From Candidatus Woesearchaeota archaeon (GTDB taxonomy: Archaea; Nanobdellota; Nanobdellia; SCGC-AAA011-G17; JACPIM01): a DNA stretch of 64,000 nt. The stretch spans positions 1-64,000 of the forward strand of contig CAZELK010000001.1 of assembly GCA_964513145.1 (NCBI GenBank). The letters are read 5' to 3'. Numbering within the stretch: position 1 is the first letter of the stretch; each line of letters opens with the position of its first letter. Below are positions 1-9,290 of this stretch, piece by piece. A model generated the notes under the pieces. The model worked only from the letters and a program-made list of their open reading frames with translations, was not told the origin of the DNA and did no database searches. A program made the translations under genes and the position numbers.

Positions 1-1807
1 TTGACGCATTAAGCGCATTGATTTGAGCAGTCTCATTATAAATCTGAAGATCGGACGCATTAACATAACCAACATCGTTGGTAAAATTGCTCAGTGAAGT
101 GTATCCTCTATTTCCAAGATTGTCAGTGAAGTTTGATAGATGAGTGTATACTTGTCCGGAAGGAAGATTTGTCAGCAAACTACCATCTCCTATGAATTTA
201 GATGCCGTAACATTTCCTGTAACATTCACATTATTTGAAACATCAATATCCTGAACAAACAACTCTGTAATTCTTGAAGTAATTGATCCAAGGGATCCAA
301 AGAAACCTGTCTGTGTTGTTGTAATGTTGCCAGCAAAAGTTTCAGACTGGTTTTTCAATGCATAATTCACCAAGTTAGCAGAAGTCTGACGAGCATCGAT
401 GGTTGCATTAAGCTTGCTTTCATTCAAGCTTATTGTTTTTGTAGTGGAATCTACACTTAAATAAGGGCCAGAGCTTGAATTAATTGTTACCTTATTGTCA
501 ATTTCTGATTGAGTATAAGTTTCAGTCGTATTATAAAATCCTAATCCTTTAATATTTGCACTGGTGTTAACTGCATTTATTATTGCAGTTTCATTATATG
601 CAGATGCTCTTGAATCTATTGTCTGATTAAGCTTTGTCTCATTCAAACTCATTTTCTTGTTGAATTCAGTTAGATAAATTCCATCACTTGAATTTAGGTA
701 AGCCGAAGTTTCATCCAGCAATTTGATCCAATTTCCGTTATGTGCATAGTATAGTGCTCCTTCTGCATGCGAGTGAGCAACTGCTCCATGATAAGTAGAG
801 GCACTTGGAAATACACTTGTATTAGCAAAATAGAAAGGAACAATGTTGCCTGTTGAAACTCCTTTTATAATTCCTCCAACATCTAAATTGCCTGTTGCAT
901 TAACATTCAAACTCGTTGAAGTTGTTGTACTTGTGTTAGCCCATCCACCTGTGCCATCAGGAGAACCTCCACTACCAGAAACATCACTCCAGTCATCAAT
1001 AGTTGTTCCATTAAGAGTATAATTAGTGGCTTTTACATTTCCAGAAGCATCAATATCAGTTACAAATAACTTTGTTATCCTGCTCACTAAACTTCCTAAA
1101 AATCCGAAGAAACCTGTTCCAGCTGTAGTAATATTTCCCCCATCAAGCAAATTAACATTAAGAGATGTATTTGTCTGTATAGAATCATTAACCCATCCAG
1201 CGGCACTTGATTGATATCCTACAACTGGAATTCTAGCATCAATTGTATTATTCAACTGAGTTTCATTGACATTCAACACGCCAGAAGAATTAACAAGATA
1301 ATTGCTTCCTGTAATGTTCCATATAGTATCCGTATCTGTAATATTTCCACTGACACTTTGGCAGACAACGCTTCCATTAGCATACACTTGCTTTATTGCC
1401 TGCCCACTCGGACAACCTTGAATCAAAGAAAAATTAATATAAGAGAAATTGTTGATATAACCTACAGGAGAAGTAAATTCTAGTCTATCAATTCCATCAA
1501 AGGCAAGATCAACCCCATTAATGGCGTAGTCCTTCCAATAACTTTTGCCAAACTCTAAATCAGGATTTATCATAACATTCCATGAGCCATTAAAGATTGC
1601 TCCTGTAAACGTTTGGTTAAAAATAGGGACTCCGCCGGTAGAAGCAGAATAGAGTAAAACAGTCAGATCTCCACTAGATAATTGCACTCCTGATTGCTTG
1701 ACATCTGTTCCTTGGTCTGACAACAAAACAGGAGTTGCAGAAACAGAGCTAATAACAAATAGTGCAAATACGAAGGAGATTGAGATTAATAGTTTTTGGT
1801 TATTCAT
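1..1807 (-). CDS. Large secreted/surface glycoprotein with internal repeats (3' end outside window; absent from ORF track)
   Basis: Manual translation from ATG at 1807 (GGTGG RBS) stays open to the window edge. Signal peptide MNNQKLLISISFVFALFVISSVSA, many N-x-S/T sequons, repeats GFFGFLGSLVSRITKLFV / GFFGSLGSITSRITELFV and three LNExxLNxTIDxR-like units. Confidence 0.85.
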   Translation of the reverse strand, partial: MNNQKLLISISFVFALFVISSVSATPVLLSDQGTDVKQSGVQLSSGDLTVLLYSASTGGVPIFNQTFTGAIFNGSWNVMINPDLEFGKSYWKDYAINGVDLAFDGIDRLEFTSPVGYINNFSYINFSLIQGCPSGQAIKQVYANGSVVCQSVSGNITDTDTIWNITGSNYLVNSSGVLNVNETQLNNTIDARIPVVGYQSSAAGWVNDSIQTNTSLNVNLLDGGNITTAGTGFFGFLGSLVSRITKLFVTDIDASGNVKATNYTLNGTTIDDWSDVSGSGGSPDGTGGWANTSTTTSTSLNVNATGNLDVGGIIKGVSTGNIVPFYFANTSVFPSASTYHGAVAHSHAEGALYYAHNGNWIKLLDETSAYLNSSDGIYLTEFNKKMSLNETKLNQTIDSRASAYNETAIINAVNTSANIKGLGFYNTTETYTQSEIDNKVTINSSSGPYLSVDSTTKTISLNESKLNATIDARQTSANLVNYALKNQSETFAGNITTTQTGFFGSLGSITSRITELFVQDIDVSNNVNVTGNVTASKFIGDGSLLTNLPSGQVYTHLSNFTDNLGNRGYTSLSNFTNDVGYVNASDLQIYNETAQINALNAS

Positions 1808-1925
1808 TTTTAAAACCACCATTAATATTTGTGCTATTAATAGGAGTGTCAAATGCGTTTACACTTCCAGATAAGAGAACCACCATGCAAATGCCGATCA
1901 CTAAACTAGAAATTTTATCTCTCAT
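1800..1925 (-). CDS. Small 41-aa secreted/membrane peptide
   Basis: MRDKISSLVIGICMVVLLSGSVNAFD..., GTGAGG RBS, stop overlaps the start of the surface protein gene. Confidence 0.4.
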   Translation of the reverse strand: MRDKISSLVIGICMVVLLSGSVNAFDTPINSTNINGGFKNE

Positions 1926-2004
1926 TTCCTCACGCCTCTTTTTCACTCATTTTCCCCCTTTTTTGTTTTGATTATGTTCCTCATACCAATAAATATAGGA
2001 ACTC

Positions 2005-2208
2005 TTAATCCGCCCGTTTTATTATTTTTAATGAATGTAATTTTGCCATGCCCACTTTTCTCATAGTTACTTTTCTTGCACCTTCCAATTGTGCAAGTAT
2101 AGTTCTTACTCTGGATCGTGACAATCCTGATACCTCGACCAACTCTGTGATTGTCAGCCCTTTTGCTGATCCTCTTAGTGCTGATTCAATTCTTGTTTGA
2201 TCTGATAT
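2005..2208 (-). CDS. Small winged-helix DNA-binding protein (apparent ATA start)
   Basis: GLTITELVEVSGLSRSRVRTILAQLEGARKVTMRKVGMAKLH, a wHTH pattern. Strong AGGTGAGG RBS upstream of ATA at 2208. Confidence 0.6.
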   Translation of the reverse strand: MSDQTRIESALRGSAKGLTITELVEVSGLSRSRVRTILAQLEGARKVTMRKVGMAKLHSLKIIKRAD

Positions 2209-2270
2209 GATTTTTCCTCACCTTTTGTTATTCACAATGTTATAAACAAAACCGCAATATTTATATTATG

Positions 2271-2284
2271 GCGATATATATCGC
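2271..2284. promoter_or_regulatory. Perfect 14-bp palindrome GCGATATATATCGC, candidate operator
   Basis: Lies between a TTTATATT TATA-like box and the ATG of the HTH_10 gene. Related copies at 2948-2963 and 4955-4966. Confidence 0.6.
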
Positions 2285-2290
2285 TTATGT

Positions 2291-2965
2291 ATGTGGCAAT
2301 TGAAATTTGTAGCAAAAACTGAGAATACTATTGTTGGAAAAATTGCTGCAAAACACCAAGTGGTAGTTCAGTTATATCCTCTTTTAACAAACAGAACAAC
2401 AGATAGTGCTTTAGTAAATTGTTATGGCATTGTGTTTGGGCCTGAAGACAAAAAGATAAAATTCATTAAAGATTTCAGTAGATTAGAACAAGTAATAAAT
2501 GTAAAAAAACATGATGACGCTTTTTTATTCCAATACAAAGAAAAAGAACATCATGCTGCCTTTTATAACCCGGAAGTTATTTTTATTGAACCTTGGACTA
2601 TTGATGGTGGAGGAAACAAGCATTGCCTGCTCTTAGGCTCATGGAAAAGAGAAGTGCTTGTTGAAATGTTTCATAATATTAAATCGCATCACAAGGCAGA
2701 TCTTTTGATGTTGAAGATGTCAAGAATAAATAAACCCTCGTTGGTATTTTGTAATGTACGACCGCATTTGACACAAAAACAACGTCTTGCTTTGGATCTA
2801 GCAATAAAACAGGGTTATTATGAATATCCAAGAAAAACAAGCGTCGAAAAACTCTCACAGCTTGCAGGCCTCTCATTTTCAACGTTTCAAGCCCATTTAA
2901 GAAAAGCAGAAAAAAAAATTATCCCTTATTCTCACAAATTAGTTTTCAGCGATACATATCGCTAG
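2291..2965 (+). CDS. HTH_10 (bacterio-opsin activator-like) transcriptional regulator
   Basis: C-terminal LTQKQRLALDLAIKQGYYEYPRKTSVEKLSQLAGLSFSTFQAHLRKAE. Confidence 0.85.
   Translation: MWQLKFVAKTENTIVGKIAAKHQVVVQLYPLLTNRTTDSALVNCYGIVFGPEDKKIKFIKDFSRLEQVINVKKHDDAFLFQYKEKEHHAAFYNPEVIFIEPWTIDGGGNKHCLLLGSWKREVLVEMFHNIKSHHKADLLMLKMSRINKPSLVFCNVRPHLTQKQRLALDLAIKQGYYEYPRKTSVEKLSQLAGLSFSTFQAHLRKAEKKIIPYSHKLVFSDTYR
2948..2963. promoter_or_regulatory. Operator-like near-palindrome AGCGATACATATCGCT
   Basis: Same motif as 2271-2284, about 36 nt upstream of the ORF at 3000. Confidence 0.55.
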
Positions 2966-2999
2966 AAAGTATACATCTCTAATATCCTTCTTCAAACAA

Positions 3000-3524
3000 A
3001 TGCTTAGTATTGATGATACAGTTACCGTTATGCTTAAAGAATACCCTGAACAAGTAAGGTTTCTTAGAACGGCAGAATATGTTGATCCGTATACCCTAAG
3101 AGGCAATTTTCGGTCTGATCCTGGTTGGTCGTACTCAGGACGTAATGGGGAAAAAACACCCGTTAATCATTTTACGTTAACAGAATCCGCCTTTGCCCAC
3201 AACCAGATGGCGTATACCATATTAGCATATATGGCACAGCAAGGGCATCTGCAAGGCGTAAAACCGTTATCTCTTAATATTATGAATGAGAAGAAATTTA
3301 ATGATATGCTTATTATCCAATATGAAGCATCATTCAGAAGAGCCTTTCCTTCGTCAGAACTCTTCACCGGCGATTTTTCAATCAGCAGTCAATCACTTAG
3401 AAGAACCAGAACAGGTATTTATGTTTTTACTGATAATGCGTTTCAATTTGGAGGTGGGAAAGCGCATGGAACAAGTAAATCAGTAATACGCATAGAAGAA
3501 AATGAACTCTCTCGATATATATGA
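3000..3524 (+). CDS. FcoT-like hot-dog fold protein (putative)
   Basis: Segments LKEYPEQVRFL, HFTLTESAFAHNQMAY, MLIIQYEASFRR and GGGKAHG resemble the FcoT/ScoD pattern (recognised from memory). Confidence 0.5.
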   Translation: MLSIDDTVTVMLKEYPEQVRFLRTAEYVDPYTLRGNFRSDPGWSYSGRNGEKTPVNHFTLTESAFAHNQMAYTILAYMAQQGHLQGVKPLSLNIMNEKKFNDMLIIQYEASFRRAFPSSELFTGDFSISSQSLRRTRTGIYVFTDNAFQFGGGKAHGTSKSVIRIEENELSRYI

Positions 3525-4146
3525 TTTTCTTGTTCCGGCGGTCTGTCCATTATATGCTGAGGCTATTGAATTATTTGTTGAAAGAACAAAACATGTATGT
3601 TCGGCGGTAGAGCTTGGTGTGGGAACAGGGCGCGTTGCCTCGGCCATTCTCGAATATTCTCCATCCATACAATATGTTGGTTACGATCACAGTGCGGCGG
3701 CTTTAGAAATTGCAAGAAGAAAACTAATGCAGCATCACTGCAGACTCATTGAGGCAGATTTTAAGAGTGTTGATCTGCCATCAGCAGACATAATTCTCAG
3801 CTCATTAGCAATACATCACTTAACTATTGAAAACCAGTACTGCTTGCTAAAAAGAATTCAGAAGTCTTATAGAACGTTCATTCATTTTGAACTTGTTGAA
3901 TTGCCAACTTCAGAAGAAAAAGAAAAAAAAGAGGATTACATTTTAGACAGAGCCAAGCAAGCATCAAAAGAGTTAGGAGTTCCTTTTACTGAGATAGAAA
4001 CGCTGCTTGAAACTTCTTCTAAACACGATAATCCTCTCACAATAGATGAACATATACGCATTCATGAAGTGTGTGGAGTAGAATTGGAAATATTGCTAGA
4101 TGGACAGGGGTTTGTTATGTATCAAACGCACAAGAAACCAAAATAA
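3502..4146 (+). CDS. Class I SAM-dependent methyltransferase
   Basis: VELGVGTGR motif I, acidic/GYD motif II, SSLAIHHL. Confidence 0.85.
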   Translation: MNSLDIYDFLVPAVCPLYAEAIELFVERTKHVCSAVELGVGTGRVASAILEYSPSIQYVGYDHSAAALEIARRKLMQHHCRLIEADFKSVDLPSADIILSSLAIHHLTIENQYCLLKRIQKSYRTFIHFELVELPTSEEKEKKEDYILDRAKQASKELGVPFTEIETLLETSSKHDNPLTIDEHIRIHEVCGVELEILLDGQGFVMYQTHKKPK

Positions 4147-4933
4147 TCTTTTATTTTTAGAAGTACTTTTTCTTTGCATAGCAGGTGCATATTGTGTGTC
4201 GAACCTTCGATAACTTCCACTCTCATTCTTGGAGTAGATTTTTTTATTCTAAGGACATGTTCTTTTGTTGACGTTGGCGAAAGCATATCAGATTGAAAAA
4301 CAAGAATGGGCTTGTTCAAAGAAACTATTTTCTCACGAACATCATACCCTTGGTAAATATAAAGATTGCGCTCTAAGGCGGATAAAGGAGTGTTTAGGAA
4401 ACTTTTTTCTTGTATCTCTTTATCCGAATTCTCAGTGCCATAAATGTGATATGGTTTGTTGGGATAAAATTTTCCTTTAGCCGCGTCCAAGTATTTTCTC
4501 TGCAAATCTTCAATAGCTTCCCTCTGAAATAGCATCAGGGGGTTGACAAAAAAAGGATCAAATAGTACAAGCGATTGAATAAGATGCTTTGTTGCAAGAA
4601 GCAAAGCTGCTGCGGCACCATGAGAATGGCCGATAATAATGCTGGACTCTACTTTCTCTTTTTGAATTATTTGTAGTAAGAGATCGACCTCATTGAACAG
4701 GGTTCTATGCCCATAGTCAGTCGAATATCCATGGCCCGGAAAGTCTACTGAAATTTTTTTGTAAGAGTCGGGAAATAGTTTAAGAATATGCTCCCCTGCA
4801 CTGTGGTTTTGACCATCGCCATGGAAAAAAAGCACTGATCTCTGTGATTTTCCCTGAACAAAATAGACAAGTTCACCAGACGTGTGACTGATGCTACAGT
4901 ACCTCTTTTTTTTTTTTTTTTATAACCCCTCAT
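4122..4933 (-). CDS. Alpha/beta hydrolase, 5' end frameshifted in a poly(A)16 tract
   Basis: GHSHG nucleophile elbow, DFPGHG, C-terminal His. The frame extends upstream of 4835 (...SGELVYFVQGKSQRSVLFFHG) to the homopolymer. ATG at 4933 is out of frame. Confidence 0.75.
4906..4921. repeat. Homopolymer T16 (A16 on the coding strand)
   Basis: Directly visible. Confidence 0.95.
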
Positions 4934-5116
4934 CCAATATATCTAATCTAATATATATATATCGCTGTATGTATTGAATAACAACCCCATGATAAAAATA
5001 AGGGGCATGGATAAAATACAACCCCTTAAAATAATCCTCATCATCAATGAGTAAAATATTATAATTTCCTCATTATAAATGAGAAGATTTAAATAGTAGA
5101 CACGTCCATAGTTATA

Positions 5117-6382
5117 ATGATGCCGAAAGATATACTTAAACAAGTGTTAGTAGATCAAAGGGATGCAATTCTCCAGAAGCCATTAGGCATACAAAGAACT
5201 ATTCTGAAATTCATTGAAAAGAAAGCTAGCTTGCCTCATGTAGTTGTCCTGACTGGCTTAAGACGAAGCGGAAAGTCCACACTTCTCAGACAAGTAATCA
5301 GTAAAAGATATAGTGACAAGGACTTTTATTATGTCAATTTTGAGGATGAGCGATTATTCAATTTCAAAGCTGAAGACTTTAATGCGCTCTATGAAGCTCT
5401 TGTAGAATTGTTTGGTGAAAAGAAGACGTTTTTCATAGATGAAATACAAAACGTCACTAATTTTGAGAGTTTTGTCAGAAGGTTCTATGATGCAGGATTC
5501 AAATTCTTCATAACAGGCTCCAGCGCAAAATTATTGAGCAAAGAGATCGGCACCAAATTAACAGGAAGGCATGTTGACATAATAGTAAGACCATTCTCAT
5601 TTGAAGAATTCTTAATATGCAATAATGTCAGATTAGATAAGCAGGCTATGTTCAAGACAAGAACTCGTGCAGAACTCAAGAAATACTTCCAGGAATACTT
5701 GATCAATGGTGGAATGCCAGAATACGTGCAATATCATGATCCGGAAATACTGATAAGAGTATATGAGGATATCATCATTAAAGATATTGTAGCAAGGTAT
5801 AAAGTAGACAATGTTAAAGAATTAAAGGAACTCTACCAATACCTGATAACAACAATATCCCAAAGATTCAGCTACAATTCCTTAAGGAAATTCATAAAAA
5901 TAAACAGCGCCAACACGATCAAGAAATACATCGATTTCCTGGAAGAAACATTCTTTATCAATCAGGTGAGCAAATTTGATTACAGTTTAAAAAAACAAAT
6001 AATAAACGATAAAAAAGCCTATGTAGTTGACAATGGATTCATCCAAAAAATTTCATTGAAATTCACTAAAGACAACGGGTGGCTGCTTGAAAACCTTGTA
6101 TTTAATGTGCTAAAAACTCGCGGAGAAGTATTTTATTTCTCAGAAAAATCCGAATGCGATTTTGTTATAACGGAGAACAATAAAGTCAAAGAAGCAGTCC
6201 AAGTCTGCTGGAACATAAACCAGACCAACAAAGAAAGAGAAATAGCAGGGCTGCTTGAAGCCATGAACAAATTCAAGCTTACAACAGGCACAATCTTAAC
6301 TAGCGACCAGGAAGAAGAAATAAAAGTAGACGAAAAAAAGATAATTATAAAACCTATCTGGAAGTGGTTACTCACAGAATAA
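5117..6382 (+). CDS. AAA_14/DUF4143 ATP-binding protein
   Basis: GLRRSGKS Walker A, FIDEIQ Walker B, ITGSS, GGMPE, C-terminal ECDFV. Confidence 0.9.
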   Translation: MMPKDILKQVLVDQRDAILQKPLGIQRTILKFIEKKASLPHVVVLTGLRRSGKSTLLRQVISKRYSDKDFYYVNFEDERLFNFKAEDFNALYEALVELFGEKKTFFIDEIQNVTNFESFVRRFYDAGFKFFITGSSAKLLSKEIGTKLTGRHVDIIVRPFSFEEFLICNNVRLDKQAMFKTRTRAELKKYFQEYLINGGMPEYVQYHDPEILIRVYEDIIIKDIVARYKVDNVKELKELYQYLITTISQRFSYNSLRKFIKINSANTIKKYIDFLEETFFINQVSKFDYSLKKQIINDKKAYVVDNGFIQKISLKFTKDNGWLLENLVFNVLKTRGEVFYFSEKSECDFVITENNKVKEAVQVCWNINQTNKEREIAGLLEAMNKFKLTTGTILTSDQEEEIKVDEKKIIIKPIWKWLLTE

Positions 6383-6606
6383 CAAGAATGCACTGAACTT
6401 AAAAATTCTTCCGTATATGCGCTTTTAGATATACAATTTTCTAAGATGAATATGTTATATTTGATTTGATCTCTTAATTAAAGGTCTTAGCTTCTTGATA
6501 TATCAGATGTATCTCGACATCCGCTGCTTTCTTGAAGCAGACCAGCAGGTTGATATCTTTGTCTTTCTTAGCCCTATCCATCTAAACGTTTTTCCATCCT
6601 TCACTG

Positions 6607-6636
6607 CTAAAATAATATTAAGAAAAAAACAGATTT
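6607..6636 (+). promoter_or_regulatory. Viral late-promoter-like motif, copy 1
   Basis: CTAAAATAATATTAAGAAAAAAACAGATTT, identical at 12080-12109. Confidence 0.7.
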
Positions 6637-6644
6637 GTCTGTTT

Positions 6645-7565
6645 ATGTCTGAACAAATCATTAAAGAGATAAAAGAATTCATCGATTCTGAAGAGTCACA
6701 GGACTCAAAGCAGCTTATAGACAATTTTATCTCTTACAATGATTCGACTGTAAAAGAGATCAATCTATTCATTGAATTTTTGCAAGAATTTGAAGACGAA
6801 GAGGATGAGCAAGACCCTGATGACGAGTTAGGAAAACTCGCTGAGCGATGGGAAGAAACGAAAAACGAAATTGCTTGCGTGTTAGAAGATTCAGGCATGT
6901 TCATTGGTGAATCTTTCAGAAGGAAATACTTAGGCAACGGAATTTCTATTCTCATCGGCGTTCTTAAAGAAGCAGGGACTGGGCAGTTTGCAATTCACAG
7001 TTTCAAGTTTGACAAAAGAGAACCTCATAACTGGACTCTTGAAAGAGCTCAGGAATGGATGGACAACAGACGAGTAATAGACAATTCTTCAAGGCTTCAC
7101 AAGAACCTGAAATTTGTTCAAATTAAGAACATCAAGATCAAGCAGGTTCTCAAAGATGGAACTGCTCTGCGGATCACTGGCATTGCTTTGAGTGAGGGCG
7201 AGTGGAACGGCATTTATTATCCTGCTGAAGAACTTGAAAGATCATACAAATCTCTTGAAGGAAAGCCTCTAAGGATTGATCATTCTTCAAGTTCACGTGA
7301 TATTGTTGGGAAGGTCATCAAGTCAGTCTACAACCCTGGGAAGAAGTGGATTGAGTTTGAGGCCATCGTAACAGATGAGGACATAGCACAGAAACTGCTT
7401 GATAAGCTGATAGATTCTGTGAGTGTCGGTGTGCTGATAGACAGCGAAGAAGAGAACGGGCGTCAGGTAGCTCGCAATCTTGAGTTTAAAGAATTGAGTC
7501 TGGTAGATGATCCAGCATGCAAAGATGCAAAATTTGAACCTGTAAAAGAAGGAGGAGATGATTAA
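6645..7565 (+). CDS. Prohead (capsid maturation) protease with acidic N-terminal extension
   Basis: KPLRIDH, VSVG and ELSLVDDPA protease motifs. Start reassigned to ATG 6645, downstream of the promoter motif. Confidence 0.8.
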   Translation: MSEQIIKEIKEFIDSEESQDSKQLIDNFISYNDSTVKEINLFIEFLQEFEDEEDEQDPDDELGKLAERWEETKNEIACVLEDSGMFIGESFRRKYLGNGISILIGVLKEAGTGQFAIHSFKFDKREPHNWTLERAQEWMDNRRVIDNSSRLHKNLKFVQIKNIKIKQVLKDGTALRITGIALSEGEWNGIYYPAEELERSYKSLEGKPLRIDHSSSSRDIVGKVIKSVYNPGKKWIEFEAIVTDEDIAQKLLDKLIDSVSVGVLIDSEEENGRQVARNLEFKELSLVDDPACKDAKFEPVKEGGDD

Positions 7566-7567
7566 CA

Positions 7568-8029
7568 ATGGCTGAACCAAAAGAAATGGAACAAGCAAAG
7601 TCTCTTTTGAAAAAAGCCTCAGATGAACTTGCTGCTAAGACGCAAGAGATCACAAAGCTGGAGAAAGCTGTGTCTGAAAAAGATAAGCTGATCTCTGAAC
7701 TTACTGCCAAGCATGAAAAGCTTGCCAAGGGCTTTGAAGAGGCATCAAAGGAACTGAAGCAAATCAAGCAAGAAACACGAGACGTTGCACTCAAAGAAGT
7801 CATTGATGCTGAAGAAAAACTTGGCATCCTTGAAGTATCAAAAGATGATAGGCTGGCCGAGCTGAGACAGCTTGATGAATCTGGCGGATTTGATCTGTAT
7901 GCCAAGCAGACGAGAAAGATGATTGGGTTGCACAAGAGTGTAGGCGAAAGAAAGACACTGGTCAACAACTCGAATCAGATGGCAGACAAAAAACAGGAGA
8001 TTGCTCAAGCACTGGGCATCAAGCTGTAA
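7568..8029 (+). CDS. Capsid scaffolding protein (coiled coil)
   Basis: Heptad-rich, lies between protease and capsid genes, GGAGG RBS. Confidence 0.65.
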   Translation: MAEPKEMEQAKSLLKKASDELAAKTQEITKLEKAVSEKDKLISELTAKHEKLAKGFEEASKELKQIKQETRDVALKEVIDAEEKLGILEVSKDDRLAELRQLDESGGFDLYAKQTRKMIGLHKSVGERKTLVNNSNQMADKKQEIAQALGIKL

Positions 8030-8043
8030 GGAGGTAAAGCAAA

Positions 8044-8418
8044 ATGACATACGATATCACAATCGATGATGGAAAGAATCCAAGCATGCTCGTTGCAGCT
8101 GCAAACTTGCAGAAGGGCCAGTTTGTAGGGCTGAATCTTCAACCCGCAAGCGCTCAAGCAGATGTCCTGGGTTTATGTCTGAGAGACACTGCTCAAAACA
8201 ATCCTATCTCAATCGGCTGCATAGGAACATTCTATGTTGACGTTGAGGTTGCCGCAGCAGCAACGCTGAATGTGGGCGACGAGCTTGAAGTCAAAGACTC
8301 AAGCACACTGCAAAAAAAGAACACAGGAGTGGTCGTGGCAAAAGCTTACGAGAAAGTTGACAACTCATCTGGCGGAGGCGCTGTTGTCAAGAAAGTCCCT
8401 GTGAAGATCGTAAAATAA
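8044..8418 (+). CDS. Capsid decoration/cement protein (DUF2190-like)
   Basis: About 120 aa, Ala/Gly/Val-rich beta pattern, immediately before the MCP. Confidence 0.6.
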   Translation: MTYDITIDDGKNPSMLVAAANLQKGQFVGLNLQPASAQADVLGLCLRDTAQNNPISIGCIGTFYVDVEVAAAATLNVGDELEVKDSSTLQKKNTGVVVAKAYEKVDNSSGGGAVVKKVPVKIVK

Positions 8419-8432
8419 AGGAGGCAAGCAAA

Positions 8433-9239
8433 ATGAAAACCATGCAAGAACTGTTTTCGACACAGGATGCTGCACCTCTCATAAAAGAAGTGATCGACTC
8501 CAATGTGTTCAAGGTTGCTCAACGTGAAAGGGTTGGCAGGAAGATATTGAGAGTTATCACTCTTAGCGAGGGTTCAGCCCTGAAAATCCCAAAGATGGGA
8601 AATGGTCAGGCGTATGTAGTTCCAGAACTTGGAGCTATACCTTTGGATGTGAGCACATTCAACGAGGTCGTCGTGACACCTTACAAGATTGGCAAAGCTT
8701 TCGCTATTGCCAAGGAATCCATTGAGGACTCAGCTTTTGATGTCGTGAGACTCAAGGCGGACATGGCTGCAGAAGATGTTGCCAGAAAAGAAGATGATGA
8801 AATCTTCAGGGTGGTGACTCAGACCACAAACACAGTCCCTCCAAAGACTGCCGGACAGTTTGTCCAGGAAGATGCCATCACACTGAGAAACGCTGTGAAC
8901 AAGAACAATTACAGGGCCAAGTTCCTGGTAGGGCATCCTGATGATCTTGCCAAGCTGGAAAAAGACCTGATTAGCAAAGGCTACAAGGCTTTTGACAGGC
9001 TTGATGAAGAAGGCATCATGGGCAACGTGGCTGGCCTGCAAGTTGTCGAAACCACAGCTGTAGAGCCTGGTACAGTCCTTGCTCTTGATAATAGGGCAGT
9101 CGTGCTGGTTGAAAGACGGCCTCTCTCAACTGAGAACTTCACCGATCCTTTGAGGGATTTGGCAGGAGGAGTTACCATAACAGAGAGAGTAGCTCCTGCA
9201 GTGCTTGACGACAACGCTGTCGCAAAGATGACCTTGTAA
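8433..9239 (+). CDS. Major capsid protein (HK97 fold)
   Basis: Position and size, EGSALKIPK E-loop-like segment, LVGHPDD, C-terminal ERVAPAVLDDNAVAK. Confidence 0.8.
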   Translation: MKTMQELFSTQDAAPLIKEVIDSNVFKVAQRERVGRKILRVITLSEGSALKIPKMGNGQAYVVPELGAIPLDVSTFNEVVVTPYKIGKAFAIAKESIEDSAFDVVRLKADMAAEDVARKEDDEIFRVVTQTTNTVPPKTAGQFVQEDAITLRNAVNKNNYRAKFLVGHPDDLAKLEKDLISKGYKAFDRLDEEGIMGNVAGLQVVETTAVEPGTVLALDNRAVVLVERRPLSTENFTDPLRDLAGGVTITERVAPAVLDDNAVAKMTL

Positions 9240-9290
9240 AGGGTCATCTAAACTGCAGGACTCTGCTATCTTTTTGGCAGGTGATGTACT

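Noticed and set aside
1026-1971. Plus-strand ORFs at 1026, 1211 and 1762
   Set aside because: Antisense shadows of the real minus-strand genes.
6383-6640. attL/attR direct repeat or tRNA fragment matching the 23.9-kb end
   Set aside because: No convincing shared repeat was found by eye, so the boundaries remain approximate.
6495-6644. Extended N-terminus of the protease ORF
   Set aside because: It spans the promoter motif; ATG 6645 fits the spacing seen at the other two copies.
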